Shown here: positions 59,012 through 64,000 of the stretch, one piece after another
Numbering within the stretch: position 1 is the first letter of the stretch
Layout of the letters: each line of letters starts with the position of its first letter
Source: Marivita sp.
GTDB lineage: Bacteria > Pseudomonadota > Alphaproteobacteria > Rhodobacterales > Rhodobacteraceae
Direction of reading: 5' to 3'
Assembly: GCF_051251565.1 (NCBI RefSeq)
Contig: NZ_JBPOFB010000009.1
Coordinates: 40,108-104,107 of the forward strand
DNA: 64,000 nucleotides
Position numbers and translations under genes: made by a program
The notes under the pieces: generated by a model
What the model was told of the DNA's origin: nothing
The model's input: the letters and a program-made list of their open reading frames with translations, nothing else
Databases searched by the model: none

Positions 59012-62000
59012 CTAAAGCCGGGCCAATTGCTCGATTTTTTGTGCGTCTTCGGTAGTTGGGGCGACAACCACGATGGCTTGCACGTCACGCCGCAACATCA
59101 AAGCCTTCGCACGCGCTTCTAAATCCACCGCACATAAGGCCTGCGCATGCCCCTTACCGTCCAGCGCGTCTTGAGCACACAACAACACCGCATTCAGACC
59201 GGACAGTCGCAATTGATCCCATTGAGCCCGCGCGCGCGACAGCGCCTGTTCACCGCCCGTGTGAACATGGATCGGAATGCGGCCCATGTTCACCAATATC
59301 CGCTCAAGATATTCTGAGAGATGCCGTTTCGAAATGTCACCGCCGCCCAGCAAAGGCGCAAAGTTGATTTCGTTGATCGCTGCCCCTGTGGCATGCCAGG
59401 GCTGCGTGATATCCGTACTGATAAGATCCACACCAGCAACGTCCAAGCCAAACAGGTTTGCCACGGCAATTGCCAAACGCGTGTTCTCTGGGTGAATTGT
59501 GTCCGTGACGTCTTCGTCCACCCCGCCCCAAGCGGTCGTCTCGATCCTGCGCAGCGGCACGAAGTTTCCTGCCATGGGAACAGCGTCAGGGCTTAGACCC
59601 GCATTCTTCAAACTGATCTGTGCCAGATCATCCACAGGTCTGATCCCAGAACGCTTCCAGGGTGGCGCGGCCTCTTGAACGGCACATTCCGCATCAACCA
59701 ATGCTGTGACGGTTGAAACACCATTGGCATACACTCCGATTGGAAGGCGTTGGACAGCGTATAACAGCGCGCCACGGACCACGAACAATCGATGGCAGGT
59801 CCCCGCGATCTGCCGTTCGACGATGACCGCCTTACCGGGCGAACATTCATGCGCGCGCTGAAACGCAGAATTCAGCTCTGCTGCGCCCACATCGACACTC
59901 ACGCCTTCCCCGCGCTCAAGATCCGCTGGTTTGACAACGACCGGATAGCCAAACCGCTCAGAGACATCCTGCGCCGCCTCGGGTGTGGACACTTGGACGT
60001 GATCCGGCGCAGGCAACCCGGCCTCGCGCAAAAGCGCCGCCGACACCAGTTTGTTCTTGGACCATGTCGCGCCAAACGCGCTGTCCTGATCCGTGGTGCT
60101 GCGATGAATACGGCACCCGTGCGCGCCAAGACCCAACTGGTACACGCCATTGGGCAACGGGAAATACGGAATACCCAAATCATACGCGGCGCGCAGCACT
60201 TGAAATGTCGATTTACCCTTCGCAGTCGCGTCCGAAAAAGGCGTCACAACCTCGTTTGTAATCGCTTGGAAAAACTGTGCCCGTTCAGTTGGGGCCTCAG
60301 GTCGTTTGCCCCGCACCCAAAGCGCAACCTTGAATGCCACCTTGAACACCTTATCTACCAAATCGCCGGAAACCAGCGTCGCGCGCGGCATGAGAAAAGC
60401 AACCTCCAAGGTATCCTGAGTACCTGGCGCGCGCTTAAACCCGACAATCTCGAAACGATCAAAGATTGGTACACGCAGGGTTTGCAAAAAACATACCGTC
60501 AGATCAAGCACCGACGAAAACCATGCATAAGCCTCATTCTGCGACCGGTTGCGCGCCTCTTGGGCCGTCAGCGGTGCCAGATCGGCGTCAAGGCACGCGA
60601 TCCACGCCACAAGGTCCTCTGCCTTGACATCGGTGGGAAGCTTAAAGCTGACCGACCGGATAGGTTTGGCTTTTTGCGGTTCAGCGGTCTTGGGTTTGGC
60701 TGGCGAGGGGGCCTTTTGCTCAAGTCGGTCCCATTTTTTGCGAAAGACCTCCGCAAAGGCACTACGCGGCAATTTTCCTTGTTCATTGATTGGAAGCCGT
60801 TCGACGAATTCGACATCATATAAGGCATGTTTTCCAATCTGGTCACGGACTGACTGCACTAATTCTTTTGCGTCAAGCCGCGCACTGGCCGCAACAACAA
60901 CCAACGCCACTGGTAGATCCTGAAGTTGTTTGTGAGGCAATGGCCTTACTGCCACATCAAGGACACCTGATACCTGCCGGAGACACTTTTCTACTTCTGC
61001 TGGGAACAGATTTACACCGCTGACAATCATCATATCATCAGCGCGCCCAAGATGAGCCAATTGCCCATCTGGCATAAAATACCCGACGTCGCCCGGATAA
61101 TACCAGCCATCCCGAAATGCTTTGGCCGTTGCTTCAGGGTCGCCATGATAGCCGTCAATTTGCGTATCTGTCTTAATGCGGATCAAACCCTGCTTCCCGC
61201 TTGGAACAAGGTTTCCAAAGTCATCAACAATTTCTACATCTACATCATCGCAAATATGCCCAACACTTTTCAGATTTTGAAAGACATCTTTAGGACGCGC
61301 AATACTAACAATGCTACTTTCGTTGCTACCGTAAATGATATGAACTTGTGGCGTCAGGCATGATGCAGCTCTCTTTCTTAGATCAGCTGAGATTGTGGCT
61401 GAGCTTAAAAATAGAATGTGCAATTTTGAAAATATGGGAGTATCATGACTTGAAGTTTGGGAAATTATTTTCTCTGCATGATATGGCGTAGCATATATGA
61501 TGTTTACCTTTTCCTCTTCTACTTTCTGGCACAGTTTTTCGATACTTACCCTTGAGGTATGAATTGCATCACAAAACAGAATAGCCTTTAGATTTATTCT
61601 TTTTCCCGCGAGGAAATGAATTCCAATCATTGAATGAATTGTATATCTTTCATTTCCACTTCTTTGGAAATGTTGTCGTGCAGTGCGGCGCATTTCTGTT
61701 TCATGCGTACATGGAATAATTTTTGGCTGTCCCGTCGATCCTGAGCCATTTGCGAAAATCCAAGGTTGCGCCGGGTCGACGCTGGCCGGACGCAAAACAC
61801 CATCGGATTGGGCGGCCTGCGCAAGCGAATACGATATGTCGTATATTTCGGCCAAAGCATCTGCCCCAGAATATTCATCCCCCGAAAGCACCTTTGCGCA
61901 TCCTGTCATTTGGAAAATTCGGTCACGTTGGGCCTCTGGCATGGACCGCGGCACGCTGATGACGGTTCCACCAACATGCGCGATGGCCAGTGTTGCGATC

Positions 62001-62194
62001 CAATGGTCTACAGGATCGTCCAGCCGGATTGCCACAACATCGCCCAGCAACACGCCTGCCTTGTCCAAACCCGCCGAAACGGTCGCCACACGACGCCCCA
62101 ATTCCGCGTAAGTCAGGTCACCTGTTGCCGCGTAGATCGCGGTTGCATCGGGCCGAAGATCAACTTGATCACACAAGATTTGGGTAATGTTCAT
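59012..62194 (-). CDS. Fusion protein: ANL-superfamily adenylate-forming domain, Pro/Lys/Ala linker, then a cyanophycin-synthetase-like N domain and ATP-grasp (G) domain
   Basis: 1060 aa ORF with GGAG 6 nt upstream of the ATG. ANL motifs: ANGSGSTGQPK, IIYGSNE, YYPGDVG, GRADDMMIVSGVNLFPAEVE, GKLPR. The C-terminal half is collinear with CphA1: LGIPYFPL..YQLGLGAHGCRIHRSTTD, GYPVVVKPADLERGEGVSV, IVERQIAGTCHRLFVV, VDEDVTDTIHPEN, GLDVAGVDLISTDI, INEINFAPL. Confidence 0.85.
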   Translation of the reverse strand: MNITQILCDQVDLRPDATAIYAATGDLTYAELGRRVATVSAGLDKAGVLLGDVVAIRLDDPVDHWIATLAIAHVGGTVISVPRSMPEAQRDRIFQMTGCAKVLSGDEYSGADALAEIYDISYSLAQAAQSDGVLRPASVDPAQPWIFANGSGSTGQPKIIPCTHETEMRRTARQHFQRSGNERYTIHSMIGIHFLAGKRINLKAILFCDAIHTSRVSIEKLCQKVEEEKVNIIYATPYHAEKIISQTSSHDTPIFSKLHILFLSSATISADLRKRAASCLTPQVHIIYGSNESSIVSIARPKDVFQNLKSVGHICDDVDVEIVDDFGNLVPSGKQGLIRIKTDTQIDGYHGDPEATAKAFRDGWYYPGDVGYFMPDGQLAHLGRADDMMIVSGVNLFPAEVEKCLRQVSGVLDVAVRPLPHKQLQDLPVALVVVAASARLDAKELVQSVRDQIGKHALYDVEFVERLPINEQGKLPRSAFAEVFRKKWDRLEQKAPSPAKPKTAEPQKAKPIRSVSFKLPTDVKAEDLVAWIACLDADLAPLTAQEARNRSQNEAYAWFSSVLDLTVCFLQTLRVPIFDRFEIVGFKRAPGTQDTLEVAFLMPRATLVSGDLVDKVFKVAFKVALWVRGKRPEAPTERAQFFQAITNEVVTPFSDATAKGKSTFQVLRAAYDLGIPYFPLPNGVYQLGLGAHGCRIHRSTTDQDSAFGATWSKNKLVSAALLREAGLPAPDHVQVSTPEAAQDVSERFGYPVVVKPADLERGEGVSVDVGAAELNSAFQRAHECSPGKAVIVERQIAGTCHRLFVVRGALLYAVQRLPIGVYANGVSTVTALVDAECAVQEAAPPWKRSGIRPVDDLAQISLKNAGLSPDAVPMAGNFVPLRRIETTAWGGVDEDVTDTIHPENTRLAIAVANLFGLDVAGVDLISTDITQPWHATGAAINEINFAPLLGGGDISKRHLSEYLERILVNMGRIPIHVHTGGEQALSRARAQWDQLRLSGLNAVLLCAQDALDGKGHAQALCAVDLEARAKALMLRRDVQAIVVVAPTTEDAQKIEQLARL

Positions 62195-62429
62195 CTGTCA
62201 CTCCATAATGAACTTGGCATACGCGCCATCCGCTGCGTCTTGCCCGAAACAGGTGCGCTGAATTGGAACATGAATTTTGTGCCGGCGCAGGTCAGCAAAA
62301 TCACCGGAGACAAGACCGGCGCAAGCCTCTCGGTTCTTTGGGAAACGAAAGAGAATACCCAGCGCATTTGCGTGTAAAAATTACCGAAAGAGAGCGTGTG
62401 ATGCTTGACCAGCCACCGACACAGGTCAC

Positions 62430-62472
62430 GTAACGCGTTACCGAATTAGTTTAATCCGACCAAAACGGTAAC
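62430..62472. promoter_or_regulatory. Candidate operator cluster upstream of paaA (GTAAC/GTTAC half-sites)
   Basis: Perfect 12-nt palindrome GTAACGCGTTAC (62430-62441). Its GTTACCG arm is repeated inverted as CGGTAAC at 62466-62472. It lies about 70-110 nt upstream of the paaA ATG. Confidence 0.35.
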
Positions 62473-62542
62473 ACTATCCTTGCCCGACTCGCAGCAATCG
62501 CATAGGGTTTCAGCATCAGAACTTCACACAGGCGGTCAAGCC

Positions 62543-63520
62543 ATGTACGCACAGATGATCACCTCAGAAGCAACGGTCGAAGACCCCGACAAGCTGGCCG
62601 CGTTTCAGGGCCGGATTGACGCCGGAGACAAGATTGAACCCAAGGACTGGATGCCCGAAGGGTACCGCAAGACCTTGATCCGCCAGATCGGTCAACACGC
62701 CCATTCCGAAATCGTTGGTCAATTGCCCGAAGGCAACTGGGTCACCCGCGCGCCGACGCTTGAGCGCAAGGCGATCCTGCTCGCCAAGGTTCAGGACGAG
62801 GCGGGGCATGGGCTTTACCTGTACGGCGCCGCCGAAACGCTGGGGGTCAGCCGGGATGAGTTGACCGAGATGCTGCTGGATGGACGCATGAAATACAGCT
62901 CTATCTTCAATTATCCGACGCTGACATGGGCCGATATGGGCGCGGTGGGCTGGCTGGTCGACGGGGCCGCGATCATGAACCAGGTGCCGCTGCAACGCAC
63001 CAGCTACGGCCCCTATTCCCGCGCGATGATCCGCATCTGCAAGGAAGAGTCGTTCCACCAACGGCAGGGCTATCACATCATGATGAAGATGGCACAAGGC
63101 ACGCCCGCGCAAAAGAAGATGGCTCAGGATGCGCTCAACCGTTTCTGGTATCCGTCGCTCATGATGTTCGGCCCGTCAGACAAGGATTCGGTCCATTCCG
63201 CGCAGTCGATGCGCTGGAAGATCAAGATGAACACCAATGACGAGCTGCGCCAGAAATTCGTCGATCAGACCGTTCCGCAAGCGGAATATCTTGGGCTGAC
63301 CGTGCCAGACAAGACGCTACGCTGGAACGAGGCAAAAGGCAGTTATGATTTCGCCGAACCTGATTGGGCCGAATTCTTCGACGTGATCCAAGGCAATGGC
63401 CCTTGCAACACCGAACGCCTCGCCGCGCGCAACAAAGCGTGGGACGATGGCGCATGGGTGCGCGAGGGGCTGATGGCCCATGCCGCGAAGAAACGCGCGG
63501 CGAAAGTGGCGGCGGAATAA
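62543..63520 (+). CDS. paaA: 1,2-phenylacetyl-CoA epoxidase subunit A
   Basis: MYAQMITSE start. Di-iron ferritin-like motifs ([27 protein letters not shown]). The ORF-track TTG start at 62480 is probably an extension. Confidence 0.92.
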   Translation: MYAQMITSEATVEDPDKLAAFQGRIDAGDKIEPKDWMPEGYRKTLIRQIGQHAHSEIVGQLPEGNWVTRAPTLERKAILLAKVQDEAGHGLYLYGAAETLGVSRDELTEMLLDGRMKYSSIFNYPTLTWADMGAVGWLVDGAAIMNQVPLQRTSYGPYSRAMIRICKEESFHQRQGYHIMMKMAQGTPAQKKMAQDALNRFWYPSLMMFGPSDKDSVHSAQSMRWKIKMNTNDELRQKFVDQTVPQAEYLGLTVPDKTLRWNEAKGSYDFAEPDWAEFFDVIQGNGPCNTERLAARNKAWDDGAWVREGLMAHAAKKRAAKVAAE

Positions 63521-63548
63521 TTGTGCATCTGTCGGAAAGGCTTGCGTC

Positions 63549-63833
63549 ATGAAACACGAATGGCCCCTCTGGGAAGTTTTCATCCGCGGTCAGCACGGGC
63601 TGAACCATCGTCACGTGGGCAGCCTGCACGCCCCCGATGCCGAGATGGCGCTCAAGAACGCCCGTGATGTCTACACCCGCCGCAACGAAGGTGTGTCGAT
63701 CTGGGTGGTTGAGGCCGCGCATATCACTGCGTCTTCGCCATCTGACAAAGGCCCGCTATACGAGCCGTCCGAAAGCAAGGTCTACCGCCACCCCACCTTC
63801 TTCGACATCCCCGACGAGGCGGGGCATATGTGA
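63549..63833 (+). CDS. paaB: 1,2-phenylacetyl-CoA epoxidase subunit B
   Basis: MKHEWPLWEVFIRGQHGLNHRHVGSLHAPDAEMALKNARDVYTRR is the highly conserved PaaB sequence. 94 aa. Confidence 0.92.
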   Translation: MKHEWPLWEVFIRGQHGLNHRHVGSLHAPDAEMALKNARDVYTRRNEGVSIWVVEAAHITASSPSDKGPLYEPSESKVYRHPTFFDIPDEAGHM

Positions 63834-64000
63834 TGGCGGATCAACTCTTCGACTACCTGTTGCGGCTGGGCGACAACACTCTGGTCCTCGGCCACCGCGT
63901 CAGCGAATGGTGCGGTCACGCCCCCGTTCTGGAAGAGGACATCGCGCTGGCCAACACCGCGCTGGACCTGATCGGCCAGACGCAGATGTGGCTTGGCCTT
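63833..64000 (+). CDS. paaC: 1,2-phenylacetyl-CoA epoxidase subunit C, N-terminal 56 codons (runs off the right edge)
   Basis: My own translation from the ATG at 63833 (TGATG overlap with paaB): MADQLFDYLLRLGDNTLVLGHRVSEWCGHAPVLEEDIALANTALDLIGQ, typical PaaC. Confidence 0.85.
   Translation, partial: MADQLFDYLLRLGDNTLVLGHRVSEWCGHAPVLEEDIALANTALDLIGQTQMWLGL

Noticed and set aside
62195-62480. Searched by eye for a direct repeat of the tRNA-Met 3' end (attR) on the far side of the fusion gene.
   Set aside because: Only a 6-nt GCCACC coincidence was found (around 62411-62416), which is not significant. A classical integrated island with intact att sites is therefore not supported.

Overview
This 64 kb window looks like chromosome from a high-GC (about 60% by eye) alphaproteobacterium. 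Gene content and order suggest Rhodobacteraceae or the roseobacter group, but that is inference and was not searched. Coding density is high and most of the window is housekeeping.

Gene content, left to right:
- A rearranged dcw/peptidoglycan block: murC', murG and ftsW, then a three-gene opposite-strand insert, then murD, hisD, a GNAT, DUF2948 and murA.
- tRNA-Thr, ptsP (EI-Ntr), a DUF3179 protein and lysC.
- An LPS-core-like block: waaA, a GT4 glycosyltransferase and a TPR-methyltransferase.
- Purine and methionine salvage genes: mtnP, a LysE exporter and apt.
- scoA and scoB, split by a LOV-domain histidine kinase.
- topA, dprA and tldD.
- The aa3 cytochrome oxidase assembly cluster: ctaC, ctaB, a small ORF, ctaG, ctaE and SURF1.
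- thrC, an M16 peptidase and a few enzymes.
- A complete Flp/Tad (cpa) pilus locus at about 46.5-57.1 kb, followed by an uncharacterised AAA+ ATPase and tRNA-Met.
- The start of the phenylacetate epoxidase operon, paaABC'.

The most unusual element lies between tRNA-Met and paaA. It is a single 1060-aa ORF (59012-62194, minus strand) that fuses an ANL-type adenylate-forming domain to a module collinear with the N and ATP-grasp (G) domains of cyanophycin synthetase. It has no Mur-ligase-like domain and no carrier domain. About 0.5 kb of it is strikingly AT-rich, and that stretch coincides with the substrate-pocket subdomain of the adenylation domain.

Secondary leads:
- A tandem pair of ParB/Srx-like paralogs interrupting the dcw cluster.
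- The LOV kinase embedded in the sco operon.
- The wHTH-AAA+ ATPase trailing the tad locus.
- A tandem Lin0512-like pair preceded by a perfect 18-nt palindrome.

I saw no CRISPR array, rRNA, transposase or integrase. All functional calls rest on motifs recognised by eye in the supplied translations. No database search was run.
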